A stretch of DNA of 64,000 nt from Takakia lepidozioides (GCA_030704615.1 CM060731.1:35464001-35528000), one strand, 5' to 3'. Counted from the stretch's first letter, positions 48,460-62,300 are shown. Notes: a model not told the origin generated them from the letters alone. Translations and numbers: made by a program.

Positions 48460-49180
48460 TGTCGCGGCCCTTTGCCTTGAGGGCAGGGGTCGTCGGGACA
48501 CATGAGGGGCTGCCCCTGTGGTGGGGGGCGGCAGCGATAGGTATGGGGGGCTGAAGCACCCTTGAGTGCCCAAGGCACTCAAGGAGGCGGAGGCGCTCAC
48601 TAGGTGGAGCCCCGCACACCGGGTTGCGGTGGAGGTGGCTCCACAAGGGTGGTGGTAGCTTAGTGGGACTTAGGGGGGTGGCATAGGACTCACCATGGGG
48701 TGGAGACCTCGAGGTGGGAGTCGTGGGGAGTCTTGGGACTCATCACGGTCCATTGGGGCCGCGGTGAGTGGGCCAAGACTCACCGCGACTCACCACCGGA
48801 GTCGAGGGTTTTCGTGGTGGTTCGCCATAAAATGGCATGGCTGGTTATGAAACCCCCGCGGACAGCTACAGAAGTATATATAGGGAGTAGTAACCCCGAG
48901 AACGGTGCAAGCCCGTTGGTGACCAAAAACTAGTGAGTAAGCGAGCGAGCCGGAAAGCGACCAAAGAGTGGGGAGCTGTTCCGGACTGCCATCTACCAAA
49001 GGGAATTCTCCTAGTCCCAAATAGGTGGAGGGTTTAGAGGGAAGCGGAAGGGGACCGTTATGTCCCGGTGAGCAGCCGAAACTCCAAGTTGGCCCGGCGG
49101 CCAGGTTGGGAGTCAGGCGCGCGCATCAAAGCGAGTAACTATGACTTGAAGGGGAGTTTACCGAACTGAGGTGTGCGACA
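48460..49180 (+). repeat. 5' LTR, copy 2
   Basis: TG...CA; near-identical to 54659-55381. Confidence 0.95.
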
Positions 49181-49235
49181 CTTGGTATCAGAGCTTAGAG
49201 TTCAGTACGCGATCGTCCTTGGGATTGGCCTCATC

Positions 49236-52200
49236 ATGGGGTCGGGCAAGCCGAAGCGAAAGCGGAACGGCCCAAAAGATGATGATCCCGGTGAGCCCGA
49301 TGGGGGCGACGTGTCACCGAGGCGGCCGTTTGAGGAAGCGATTAATGTTTCCGAAAACGAGGCCGCTCAGGAGCGGGAGGAATCCGAGGAGTCGGAGCCC
49401 GAGGAATCTTTGAGAGCTCCGACAAACCAAGAGATGCCTCCCATGCCGGCAGCCTTTTGGGAAGGGTTGTTGGCGCAGTTTGGCGGGACGTTGAAAGACG
49501 TGTTGAAGGCGGCTAATGCCACTTCCACTAAGGCAAAGTTTAAGGTGAAGCCTAAGGAACCCGGCACCTTCGAGGGCGTTCGAAACCGGAAGGCACTCAA
49601 CACCTGGCTCCTGGAGCTAGAGCAGTACTTCCGGGCGGCCAAGTTGAGTGACGAGGGAGGATGGAAGTGGCTCCCACCTATTTGAGGGGCTATGCTCAAC
49701 AATGGTGGCAGAAACGCCTTCACGACCGAGGCCCAAGCCCGGAAACCTTGAACTGGAGTGGGTTCAAGGAATTGATGAAGAGACAGTTTGTGCCCCTCAA
49801 CGCATCCTGGCTTGCCCGGGACAAGATGAGGAATTTGAAGCAAACAGATGACATTCGGGGGTATGTCCAGGCTTTCAATGTGCTGTTGCTCGAAGTCGCG
49901 GACATGGCAGAACCAGAAATGGTCTTCAACTTTGTGGCGGGACTGGCCCCATGGGCAGGCGGAAGTTGGAGGAGAAGCCACCCAAGACTTTGAACGAGGC
50001 AATTGAGAGAGCTGAATGTTTCGGATGTCCCTAGGGGTGAGAGACAAGGCCGTACGGAGCTGAACCACAAGAAGACCCGGCGGGAAGGTGACTCCTTCCG
50101 ACCGGAAAAGAAGTGGGATAGGCCACGCGGCGAAAATGGCACGTGGAAATCGAAGGGAGGCCTTCACACGTCAAGGCGGCACCCGGTGCTTCGAAAGGAA
50201 AAGCGGGTGGAGGCTTATGGCGGACAGAAGGCGACCTTTGATGGAGTGTGTTTCAATTGCGGGGAGCCCGGGCACATGGCCAAGAAGTGCACGAAGCCCC
50301 GGCAATTGAACATGACTCGGGCGACCACGGAGCTGTCGGAAGATACCATCAGTCGCTTGGTGGAAGCGGTGGTCGCCAGGACTTGCAAGGTAGGCAAATT
50401 TTCTTGTGAGTTGTATCAGGAAACTGGCGCCTTACGAAAAGGGAGTCAGTTATTGTTCGTGGATGGGATAATATCCGGAACTAATGTGTCGTTGTTGGTG
50501 GACACAGGAGCGTCGCACTCCTTCATGACGTCGGCGGCGGCGCGAAAGTTGGGACTCCCGACAAGTGACGTGGGGGCCTCTATTGAGGTGCGCTCTGCCA
50601 AAGGAGAACCTCAGTTGGCGACAAGGTTGGCGTTTGATGTTCCTCTTCAACTGGGGAGTTGGGAGGGACGTGAGAACTTCACTATCTGCGAGATCGATGG
50701 AGTGGATCTCATTTTGGGAATGACCTTTTTGAGCAAATCCGGAGCGGTCATAGATGGCCGCAAGAGAGTAGTCACGCTGCCATGTGGGAATGGTGGCGAG
50801 GTTTTACGAGTGTCGGAAACGCCCAAATCCGTGGGAGGGCGAATAAACCTTCTATCAGCAAAGGAGTGGGCCGTGGAGGAGACACACGAGTCCCAGTTTT
50901 TGCTTTACATAGAGAAGTGAAAGGAGAAGGCGATGGGGAGCCGAGCCCAGATTGGATCAAGGGGATTTTGGAGAAATACCAGGATGTGATGCCGGAGGAT
51001 TTACCAAGCGGGCTGCCACCGCGAAGAGGAGTTACCAAGCTTGCCAAGAGGGAGTTGACCACAAAAGAGGGTGATACCGGGATCGGAAGCCAAAGAGAGT
51101 TGGTCGAGCTGAAGACTCCTCAAAGATCTAGTCAAAGGGGTACATCCGGCCGAGTCACCTTACGGAGCCCCGGTGCTATTTGCAGACAAGAAGGATGGGA
51201 CGCTGCGGATGTGTGTCGATTACAGGGTCTGAATAAGGTGACTATCAAAAACCGGTACCCTTTGCCAAGGATCGACGACCTCGATCGGTTGGCAGGGAGC
51301 GAAGTATTTCAGCCGGATCGACTTGCGCTCCGGCTATCACCAAATTCGGGTGGCGGAAGGAGATGAGGAGAAGACCGCGTGCAGGACAAGGTATGGTTCA
51401 TATGAGTTCTTGTGATGCCTTTTGGGCTCACCAATGCACCAGCGACATTTAGCACGCTGATGAACAGCCTTTTCCAGGAGTGGTTGGATGACTTTGTGAT
51501 CGTGTACATCGACGACATCTTGGTGTACTCGAAAACAAAGGAGGAGCACCTGGAGCACCTCAAAAGGGTGTTCCAAAAATTGCGAGAAGGGAAGCTGTAT
51601 GCCAAAGCTTCAAAGTGCGAATTCGGGGTCACAAAAGTGGAGTTCTTGGGGCATGTGATTACACAGGATGGGATCAAAATGGATGACAGAAAGGTGAGGG
51701 CGATCTTGGACTGGGAGCCTCCGACTTCGGTCCCGGGAGTGCGATCCTTCCTAGGACTCGCCTCCTATTACCGGAAGTATGTGAGAAATTTCGCCAAGAT
51801 CGCGGGGCCGCTGTCGGACCTTCTGTGTAAATCCAAAGTCTGGGTATGGAACACATTTTGTGGCCAAGCTTTTGCTGAATTGAAGCAGCGGATGACGGAA
51901 GCTCCAGTCTTGAAATCCCGGAGTTCGATCGTCCGTTTGAGATTCATACAGATGCATCGGACTTCGCATTGGGGTGTACTTATGCAAGATGGACGTCCAG
52001 TGGCTTACGAAAGTAAGAAACTGAATGAAGTGGAGCGACGGTGGCCGACGCACGAAAAGATGAAGGCGGTGGTACATTGCCTTGAACTCTGGCGCCACTA
52101 TGTTGGTTCCAACCCAGTGAAGGTGTTCACGGACAATGTCACGGTGAAGTATTTTGCCACGCAGCCCAAGTTGTCCCCAAAACAACTTAGGTGGCAAGAT

Positions 52201-53757
52201 ACTTTGGCAGTGTTCGACGTGGATATCCAGTACAAACCGGGACGGACAATGTGGTGGCCGATGCTTTAAGTAGAAAGCAGCAGCTCTTGTTGGTGTACAA
52301 GGGCGAGAGGCGCTCCAAAGGAAGATCCGGAAGGCTTGCCGGAAGGATGAGCTGGCAAGTGGTGATGCAGGACTTGAGAATGGGGGTTAAATCGCAGTTC
52401 CACTTGCAAAACGGACTGCTCCGGTATAAGCAAAACGTCTCTATGTGCCAAAGGGAGGGATCAGGGATAGTCTCTTGAGAGAATGCCATGATAGCCCGCT
52501 TGCGGGCCACGGTGGAGCCAAGCGCACTGCGGCACTCTTGAAGAAAGAGTATTTCTGGCCCAAACTGAGGGAGGAGGCAGAGGAGTATGTAAAGACATGC
52601 ACCACATGCCAACAAAACCGGAGCGAGTACAAAAAGCAAGCGGGGCTGTTACAACCCTTGCCGATTCCAGAGGGGACTTGGGAAAGCGTCTCGATGGATT
52701 TCATGACTGCTATGCCGCTGTCAAAAGGATTCGATGCAATCATGGTGGGTAGATAGGTTCAGTAAAATGGCCCATTTCATCCCCACCAAGGAGACGGCAA
52801 CGCGCAGGAGACAGGGCGACTTTACTTCGCCCACGTCTTAAAGCATCATGGAGTCCCGAAGGATATTGTCTCGGACCGCGACCCAAAGTTTACGAGTAAA
52901 TTCTGGAGAGCACTTTGGAAGAAGATGGGGACGAGGCTGAAGATGAGCACCGCCTTCCGACCTACGACGGACGGCCAAACGGAAAGAGTGAATTCCGTAG
53001 TGAAGCAATTCTTGCGGAATTACGTGTCGGCAGACCAATCAGACTGGATGGAACACTTAGACGCGGCAGAGTTCTGTTATAATAACACAGAACACTCCGC
53101 GACGGGAGTTTCCCCTTTGTGTTTGGTCTATGGAAAAGCACCTCTGGTGCCGACAAGTTGGGGCCGCCCAGGACGTTGAGGAACCGGCAGTAGCGGCGGT
53201 ACTGGAAGAACGCGAGCGTTTGTTGAAGCTCGCAAAGTACAACATTGCCAAAGCTAGGAAACGGTATGAAAGGCAGGCGAATCGGAAGCGGAGGGAAGTG
53301 AAGTTTGAGGCAGGCACAGAGGTCTGGTTGAACATCAAGAATTTTCGACTACCTCCGGAAGTGAGTCCGAAGTTCGTACCTCCGTATGCGGGTCCCTTTC
53401 GCATTCGGAGGGTTATGAATGAGGATGTGTATGAATTGGAGCTGCCCAAACAGCAAGGTGCACCCAGTATTCCATGTCTCCCTTTTGAAGCCTTACTTCA
53501 AAGATGAAGCACGTCCGAATCGGCAGCAAGTGTTGCGTCCGCCACCTATGCTGTTGGATCATGAAAATGAACCCGAGTACGAGGTGGAGGCAATACTTAA
53601 GTCGAGGAGGTTCAAGAACCGAGAAACGGAGTATCTCGTCAAATGGAAGGGCTATCATCTTGTGGAGGCATCTTGGGTGCGTGCCTCAGAAATGGGAAAC
53701 GCATCCGAGGCAGTTGCAGCGTTCGAAGGGCGACCTCAAAAGCGGAAGAAGCGTTGA
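49236..53757 (+). pseudogene. gag-pol polyprotein, copy 2 (frameshifted as assembled)
   Basis: [23 protein letters not shown], RNase H, integrase and chromodomain motifs as in copy 1. Confidence 0.92.
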
Positions 53758-54658
53758 TGGGGACATCAACCTTGGAGCGTGGGGAGGAAATGCATGCTTA
53801 GCCCGTTTAGCTAGCTCAGGAATCCGATTGCAAAAACTTGTATTGTACAAAAATTTGTGATAAAGGAAATGGGTTCCAAATATTGTGCGTCCTATTGTGT
53901 TTGGAATGGTGATGCATGGTGTGGTTGGCTGTGTGTAGAATGCATGCTAGCTTACAAAAGTGGGAGAGGTAAATTGGGTTAATCGTGTGTTTGCGCAGTG
54001 CCGAAATCGGGTGACTCCCATCCAAGGGGCAAGGAAACTTGCGCCTTATTTGGGAGTTCATGCTAGTGCGCACCTGGCGCGTGCGCGTACTATAACTGCG
54101 CTACCGAGGGGGTTGCCTTGTAGTGCGGGCTAACGCGGAAGCTACGTGCTTCCGTTCACGTACTATAATCGTGTAGCCTCGGGACGAAGTCGTAGTGCGG
54201 CTTCGGCGTGTTCCCGTACCTCAGGCCAGCATTCCAAGGCGGACCCAATTGTAGTGATTGGGGCGCACGGTTGGTTCAAGGTTATCTTCCTAGTCAAAGA
54301 GGGTTCCAGGTGAACCCTTGCTCAAGGTGATGCCAAAAGCGGCATCATGAGCGATCGCAAGCAATGTTGTTGCAGTAAGGCGATTCGATCCTCGGGGAGG
54401 ATCGTTCCTTGGCCTTGAAGTAGGCCAAGAAGAGTGCACTGGGAGGAGCTGGAGAGGCTCCACCCTTGGCCGGGACTTGGAGGAAGTCGGCCGAACTAGC
54501 TAGTGGAGAGTGGAGTCAAGTGTGGGGTTTGGTTCTTTGCCATGGGACGCCATGGTACGGAAACAAACTCCTTGATGTGGGACGCCACAACTTGGATGTT
54601 CGTTTCTACAAAATGGACAAGTCGATGAGGACATCGACTCCCTGTTGGTAGGGGTGTG

Positions 54659-55381
54659 TGTCGCGGCCCTTTGCCTTGAGGGCAGGGGGTCGGGACACAT
54701 GAGGGGCTGCCCCTGTGGTGGGGGCAGCGGCAGCGATAGGTATGGGGGGCTGAAGCACCCTTGAGTGCCCAAGGCACTCAAGGAGGCGGAGGCGCTCACT
54801 AGGTGGAGCCCCGCACACCGGGTTGCGGTGGAGGTGGCTCCACAAGGGGTGGTGGTAGCTTAGTGGGACTTAGTGGGGGTGGCATAGGACTCACCATGGG
54901 GTGGGACCTCGAGGTGGGAGTCGTGGGGAGTCTTGGGACTCATCACGGTCCATTGGGGCCGCGGTGAGTGGGCCAAGACTCACCGCGACTCACCACCAGG
55001 AGTCGAGGGTTTTCGTGGTGGTTCGCCATAAAATGGCATGGCTGGTTATGAAACCCCCGCGGACAGCTACAGAAGTATATATAGGGAGTAGTAACCCCGA
55101 GAACGGTGCAAGCCCGTTGGTGACCAAAAACTAGTGAGTAAGCGAGCGAGCCGGAAAGCGACCAAAGAGTGGGGAGCTGTTCCGGACTGCCATCTACCAA
55201 AGGGAATTCTCCTAGTCCCAAATAGGTGGAGGGTTTAGAGGGAAGCGGAAGGGGACCGTTATGTCCCGGTGAGCAGCCGAAACTCCAAGTTGGCCCGGCG
55301 GCCAGGTTGGGAGTCAGGCGCGCGCATCAAAGCGAGTAACTATGACTTGAAGGGGAGTTTACCGAACTGAGGTGTGCGACA
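54659..55381 (+). repeat. 3' LTR, copy 2
   Basis: Followed by TSD ACCTA. Confidence 0.95.
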
Positions 55382-55386
55382 ACCTA

Positions 55387-57322
55387 AATGAGGCGGCGTT
55401 CCCCACAAAGCTCTTATCCAATCCGTGGCCATGACCCCCAACCTCATCCATACTAGTGCCCTGTAGTGCACTCATCCCCTCCATGTTGGCCATGTTCTTC
55501 ATGAGGGATTGCCAACCATGCTCCTTGACGGAGTTGTACTCTACCGGAGATGGCTTCTTTTCAAACACGCGTTGCTACACATGCCACAAATTAAAGTCAA
55601 TTCTTCGCGATGATGGAGCCAGATAGAAGACATAACAAAATCCATAGGGAAATACGACTTACAAATCGCAAGATAAAACCCTTGGATCCGCCGACGCCCC
55701 ATTTGTGTGTGGATTCATGCTTGTCAAGGCGGACTGTTGTTGCTTCATGTGCCCAGTCAAATTTGGCCTTGTTTGCAGCATCATTCTCTCCTGCAATGAG
55801 TGCATCCCACGATACCTGCGCCCCCCCCCCCCCCCCCCAAACAATTGGTGAATTACACACATACGTTGCATCGAATCCACATCATTAATGCACATGCGAT
55901 GGAAGATGAAATGATTCAAGATTTGCCAACCTGTGTAATTCCATAAGGTGGTTTGGGTATGGCCCCCTTTCCATTGCCCTCCAAATGATCTGTCTGGCAT
56001 GGTACCTCCTGTCCTTCAAGTTTCACCCCACCATCTCCATCACCCTTGTGTCACTCCAATTGCCCGGAAACTGGTAGTCTAACTCACGGGCATACGCCCG
56101 CTTTGCGCCAAAGTGCTGATCAGCCCACTCGATATGCAAAGGGAACCACCTCATTGCGAGTTCGAAGGATGGCTTCTTCATAGCCTCCCAAAATGCACCG
56201 CAGGGGTCACCATGGCGATTCACCTCCACCAGTGGCACCACGATCTTTGCCAACTCCATGTCTTGTATTGCCAAGGCCATGTTCTTCTTCCCACCCTCTC
56301 TCTTCTTTGTAGCCTCCTTCCCTTGCTCCTTTCTTACCCCACTGCCCTCCTCCGCATGCACACTCACCCCTTCCTCTCCATGGGACTTCTTCTTCTTCTT
56401 CTTCTTCTCCACGACCATTTCCTTCCCCTTCCCCGCTACTCCCTCTCTCTCCTTCTCCCTCGATCCCTTCTCTCTCTCTCCTCGGCAGCCCCTTCATTGA
56501 TGGTAAAAGGGATCTCGGGAGGTCGAGGCCTCTTCTTCTTACCTTTGGTGTTCGGGTCCTTCATGAACACCACGTGCTCTCCCTCATTGGCAACCCCACC
56601 AGACTGCACCAAAGAGGCCAGCCATGTTGCTGCCTCCTGAAGACAAATAATCCCTCCAAATTCAAAAAAAGAAACAAACAACAAAGAAAATGATGCATGC
56701 AAAGGAAAAGATAAAACATAGAACAAGGTGCGACAGTTGTACCTTTGCAAGCTTGTCTGACTCGCCCCCGGTGTCACCTGATGTTGCAGGAGTCCCCGTT
56801 GCCGGATGTGCCCACGCTATCCCCTATGGGAGCGCCATTGGAAGTAGATTCCAAATGTGGAGCATAGCCGGCGGCGGCGCCCCGCAGTCCAGGCCCTTCT
56901 TTGCTGACCGCTCAGGCTTAGGGGGCGGCGTTGCTGATCAGCTAGGCCGCTCCAAACTGGCCTATACCACCTCCTCCCCCCCCCCCCCCCCCCCCCCCCC
57001 ACCCCCCAAAATGTGTATCAGGGTAGAAACCCTCACCCGGCTTGACTTCTGCGAGGCGCTTCGCTATCTTGGCCACTTCATTGGCCCTCCTCGTCTCCTC
57101 CTCCCTCATCAACAACATTGGGCTAGCAATGGAGGCTTTCAAAGGCCCTTGAACCTGACATTGGGCCTTGGCAAGTGCAGCCTTCAAATGCTGCGTAGGA
57201 ATGGGTCGTTATGGGAGTGAGATCCAAAAGTTGCCCATACCAGGCCCCCGAACGGGTCATGTGCTTGCCAAGGTACATTTCACCCTTCTTGGTGGCCGGG
57301 GGTGTGCTCAACTGAGCATCCG
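55387..57322 (-). pseudogene. Intron-containing ORF remnant, probably the CACTA accessory (TnpA-like) protein
   Basis: ORFs 56942-57187, 56436-56640, 56023-56418 (VEVNRHGDPCG..WFPLHIEWADQ..ELDYQFPGNW), 55597-55860, 55387-55568; low-complexity Gly and Lys/Glu tracts; lies inside the CACTA-ended region. Confidence 0.4.
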
Positions 57323-58048
57323 TGTCGCGCACCTCACTTCGGTAAGTTCCCCTTCAAGTCATAGTTACTCGCTTTGATGCGCGTGCCTAACTCCCAACCT
57401 GGTCGTTGTGCCAACTTGGAGCTTCAGCTGCTCACTGGGACATAACGGTCCCCCTTTACTCTTCCACCAGACCCTCCACCAATTTGGGCCTAGTGGAAAT
57501 TCCCTTTGGTAGATGGCAGTAAGGAATAGCTCCCCACTCCTCGGTCGCTTTCCGGCTTGCTCACTTACTCACTAGTTTTTGGTCACCAACGGGCTTGCAC
57601 TGTTCTCGGGGTTACTACTCCCTATATATACTTTTGTGACTGTCCGCGGGGGTTTCACAAACAACCATGTCATTTTATGACAAACCACCACGAAGACCCT
57701 CGATTCCCGGTGATGAGTCGCGGTTGGTCTTGGCCCACCCACCACGGCCCCATTGGACCGTGATGAGTCCCAAGACTCCCCATGACTCCCACCACAAGGT
57801 CTCCGCCCCATGGTGAGTCCTATGCCACCCCCACTAAGTCCCACTAAGCTACCACCACCCCTTGTGGAGCCACCCCCACCGCAACCCGGTGTGCGGGGCT
57901 CCACCTAGTGAGCGCCTCCGCCTCCTTGAGTGCCTTGGGCACTCAAGGGTGCTTCAGCCCCCCGTACCTATCGCTGCTACTGCCCCCACCACAGGGGCAG
58001 TCCCTCTTGCGTCCCGACCCCCTGCCCTCAAGGCAAAGGGCCGTGACA
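57323..58048 (-). repeat. 3' LTR, copy 3
   Basis: Reverse complement of the family LTR. Confidence 0.93.
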
Positions 58049-58110
58049 CACACCCCTACCAACAGGGAGTCGATGTCCTCATCGACTTGTCCATTTTGTA
58101 GAAACGAACA

Positions 58111-58491
58111 CCTCCGTATGCTGGACCCTTTCGCATCCGGAAAGTTATGAATGAGGATGTGTATGAATTGGAGCTCCCGGCAAACAGCAAGGTGCATTCG
58201 GTATTCCACGTCTCCCTTTTGAAGCCTTACTTCAAAGATGAAGCGCATCCGAATCGGCATCAAGTGTTGCGTCCGCCACCTGTGCTGTCGGATCATGAAA
58301 ATGAACCTGAGTACGAGGTGGAGGCAGTGCTTAAGTCGAGGAGGTTCAAGAATCGAGAAATGGAGTATCTCGTGAAATGGAAGGGCTATCATCATGTGGA
58401 GGCATCTTGGGTGCGTGCCTCAGAAATGGGAAACGCATCCGAGGCGGTTGCAGCTTTCGAAGGGCGACCTCAAAAGCAGAAGAAACGTTGA
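58111..58491 (+). pseudogene. Integrase tail and chromodomain of copy 3, on the inverted segment
   Basis: PPYAGPFRI..HSVFHVSLLKPY..EYEVEAVL..EYLVKWKGY. Confidence 0.9.
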
Positions 58492-59324
58492 TGGGGACAT
58501 CAACCTTGGATCGTGGGGAAGGAAATGCATGCTTAGCCCGGCTTAGCTAACTAAGGAAATTGCAAAAACTTGTATTGTACAATTTTTTTATAAATGAAAT
58601 GGTTTCCAAATGTTGTACGTCCTATTTTGTTTGGAATGGTGATGCATGGTATGGTTGGCTAGTGTGTAGAATGCATGCTAGCTTACAAAAGTGGGAGAGG
58701 TAAATTGGATTAATCATGTGTTTGCGTAGTGCCGAAATCGGGTGACTCCCATCCAAGGGGCAAAGAAACTTGCGCCTTCCTTGGGAGTTCACGTGCTAGT
58801 GCGCACCTAGCGCGTGCGCGTACTATAACTGCGTTACCGATGGGGTTGCCTTGTAGTGCGGGCTAACGCGGAAGCTACGTGCTTCCGTTCACGTACTATA
58901 ATCGTGTAGCCTCGGGATGAAGTTGTAGTGCGGCTTCGGCGTGTTCCCGTACCTCAAGCCAACATTCCAAGGCGGACCCAATTGTAGTGATTGGGGCGCA
59001 TGGTTAGTCCAAGGTTATCTTCCTAGTAAAAAAGGGTTCAAGGTGAACCCTGCTGAAGGTGATGCCAAAAGCGGCATTATGAGCGGTCGCAAGCAATGTT
59101 GTTGCAGTAAGGCGATTCGATCCTCGGAGGATCGTTTCTTGGGCCTTGAAGTAGGCCAAGAAGAGTGCACTGGGAGGAGCTTGAGAGGCTCCACCCTTGG
59201 CCGGGACTTGGAGGAAGTCGGCCGAACTAGCTAGTGGAGAGTAGAGTCAAGTGTGGGGTTTGGTTCTTTGCCATGGGACGCCATGGTACGGAAACAAACT
59301 CCTTGATGTGGGACGCCACAACTT

Positions 59325-62300
59325 CGGACTCACTTCCGGAGGTAGTCGGAAATTCTTTGATGTTCAACCAGACCTCCGTGCCTACCTTAAACTTAACTTC
59401 CCTCCGCTTCCGATTCGCCTGTCGTTCATACCGTTTCCTAGCTTTGGCAATGTTGTACTTTGCGAGCTTCAACAAACGCTCGCGTTCTTCCAGCACCGCT
59501 GCTGCTGCCGGTTCCTCAATGTCTTGGGCGGCCCAACTTGTCGGCACCAGAGGTGCTTTTCCATAGACCAATACGAAAGGGGAAACTCCCGTTGCGGAGT
59601 GTTTTATGTTATTATAACATAACTTTGCCGCATCCAAGTGCTCCCCCAGTCCGATTGGTCTGCCGACACGTAATTCCACAAGATCTGCTTTACCACGGAA
59701 TTCACCCTTTCTGTTTGGCCATCTATCTTCTTCCAAAGTGCCCTCCAAAATTTACTCGTAAACTTTGGATCGCGGTCCGAGACAATATCCTTCGGGAGTC
59801 CATGATGCTTGAAGACGTGGGCAAAGTAAAGTCGCCCCGTCTCCTGCCCCGTTGCTGTCTCCTTGGTGGGCATGAAATGACCCATTTTACTGAACCTATC
59901 CACCACCACCATGATCGCATCGAATCCTTTTGACATCGGCATAGCAGTCATGAAATCCATCGAGACACTTTCCCAAGACCCCTCTGGAATCGGCAAGGGT
60001 TGTAACAGCCCCGCTTGCTTTTTGTACTCGCTCCGGTTTTGTTGGCATGTGGTGCATGTCTTGACATACTCCTCGGCCTCCTCCCTCTGTTTGGGCCAGA
60101 AATACTCTTTCTTCAAGAGTGCCGCGGTGCGCTTGGCTCCGCCGTGGCCCGCAAGCGGGCCATCATGGCATTCTCTCAAGAGACTATCTCTGATCCCTCC
60201 CTTCAGCACGTAGAGACGCTTTTGCTTATACCGGAGTAGTCCATTTTGCAAGTGGAATTGCGATTTAACCCCCATCCTCAAGTCCCGCATCACGGACTTC
60301 GCCATCTCATCCTTCCGGTATGCCTTCCGGATCTTCATTTGGAGCGTCGTCTCGCCCCTGTACACTAACATGAGCTGCTGCTTTCTACTTAAAGCATCGG
60401 CCACCACATTGTCCTGTCCCGGTTTGTACTGGATATCCACGTCGAACACCGCCAAAGTATCTTGCCACCTAAGTTGTTTTGGGGACAACTTAGGCTGCGT
60501 GGCAAAATACTTCACCGTGACATTGTCCGTGAACACCTTCACCGGGTTGGAACCAACATAGTGGCGCCAAAGCTCAAGGCAATGCACCACCGTCTTCATT
60601 TTCTTCTCATGCGTAGGCCACCGTCGCTCCACTTCATTCAGTTTCTTACTTTCGTAAGCCACTGGACGTCCATCCTGCATGAGTACACCCCCTATTGTGA
60701 AGTCCGACGCATCCGTATGAATCTCAAATGGACGGTCGAACTCCGGGATTTTGAGGACTGGAGCTTCTACCATCCACTGCTTCAACTCGGCAAAAGTTTG
60801 GGCACAAAAGGTGTTCCATACCCGGACTTTGGATTTACACAGAAGGTCTGACAGCGGCCCCGCGATCTTGGCGAAATTTCTCACATACTTCTGGTAATAG
60901 GAGGCGAGTCCTAGGAAGGATCGCACTCCCGGGACCGAAGTCGGAGGCTCCCAGTCCAAGATCGCTCTTACCTTCTTGTCATCCATTTTGATCCCATCCT
61001 GTGTAATCACATGCCTCAGGAACTCCACTTTTGTGACCCTGAATTCGCACTTTGAAGCTTTGGCATACAACTTCCATTCTCGCAATTTCAGGAACATCCT
61101 TTTGAGGTGCTCCAGGTGCTCTTCCTTTGTTTTCGAGTATACAAGTATGTCATCGATGTATACGATCACAAAGTCATCCAACCACTCCTGGAAAAGGCTG
61201 TTCATTAGCGTGCTAAAGGTCGCGGGGGCATTGGTGAGCCCAAAAGGCATCACCAAGAACTCATAGGAACCATATTTTGTCATGCACGCGGTCTTCTCCT
61301 CATCTTCTTCTGCCACTCGGATCTGATGATACCCGGAGCGCAAATCGATCCGGCTGAAATACTTCGCTCCTGCCAACCGATCGAAGAGGTCGTCGATCCT
61401 TGGCAAGGGTACCGGTTCTTGATAGTCACCTTATTCAGGGCCCTGTAATCGACACACCTCCGCAGCGTCCCATCCTTCTTGTCTGCGAATAGCACCGGGG
61501 CTCCGTAAGGTGATTTACTCGTCCGGATGTACCCCTTTGACATTAGATCCTTGAGCCGAGTCTTCAGCTCAACCAACTCTCTGTGGCTCAACCGGTAGGG
61601 CGCCTTGGTAGGCGGTTCCGATCCCGGTATCACCTCAATCTTGTGGTCAACTCCTCTTCGCGGTGGCAAGCCGCTTGGTAAATCCTCCGGCATCACATCC
61701 TGTTATTTCTCCAAGATCCCCTTGATCCAATCTGGGCTCGGCTCCCCATTGCCTTCTCCTTTCACTTGTCTTACGTAAAAGCAAAACTGGGGCTCGTGTG
61801 GCTCTTCCACGGCCCATTCCCTTGCTGACAGAAGGTTTATTCGTCCTCCTACGGTTTTGGGCATTTCCGACACTCGTAAAACTTCGCCACCATTCCCACA
61901 TGGCAGCGTGACTACTCTCTTGCGGCCATCTATGACCGCTCCGGATTTGCTCAAAAAGGTTATCCCCAAAATGAGATCCACTCCATCGATCTCGCAAATG
62001 GTGAAGTTCTCACGTCCCTCCCAACTCCCTAGTTGAAGAGGAACATCAAACGCCAACATCGTCGCCAATTGTGGTTCTCTTTTGGCGGAACGCACCTCAA
62101 TAGAGGCCCCAACGTCACTTGTCGGGAGCCCCAGCTTTCGTGTTGTTGTCGGTGTCATGAAGGAATGTGACGCTCCTATGTCCACCAACAACGACACATT
62201 AGTTCCGGAAATTATCCCATCCACGAACAATAACTGACTTCCTTTACGTAGGGCGCCAGTTTCCTGATACAACTCACAAGAGTAGTTGCCTACCTTGCAA

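Larger units (their letters stand above)
48460..55381 (+). mobile_element. Full-length Ty3/gypsy chromovirus (Galadriel-like), copy 2
   Basis: LTRs 48460-49180 and 54659-55381, TSD ACCTA (48455-48459, 55382-55386), PBS TGGTATCAGAGC at 49183-49194. Confidence 0.97.
47358..57322. mobile_element. CACTA (En/Spm) element, left part, interrupted by gypsy copies 2 and 3; right end outside the window
   Basis: Starts CACTACAGG; many GCGACG/CGTCGC subterminal repeats at 47358-48075; internal minus-strand ORF remnants. Confidence 0.6.

Noticed and set aside
49183-49194. tRNA gene
   Set aside because: Only a 12-nt primer-binding complement; no cloverleaf.
49367-50167. 266-aa antisense ORF and other short ORFs in the gypsy copies and LTRs
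   Set aside because: Shadow frames of GC-rich gag-pol or LTR sequence; lengths are not conserved among the three copies.
58111-59324. Integrase autointegration as the established cause of the inversion
   Set aside because: About 5 bp are deleted rather than duplicated at the target, and microhomology offers a simpler explanation.
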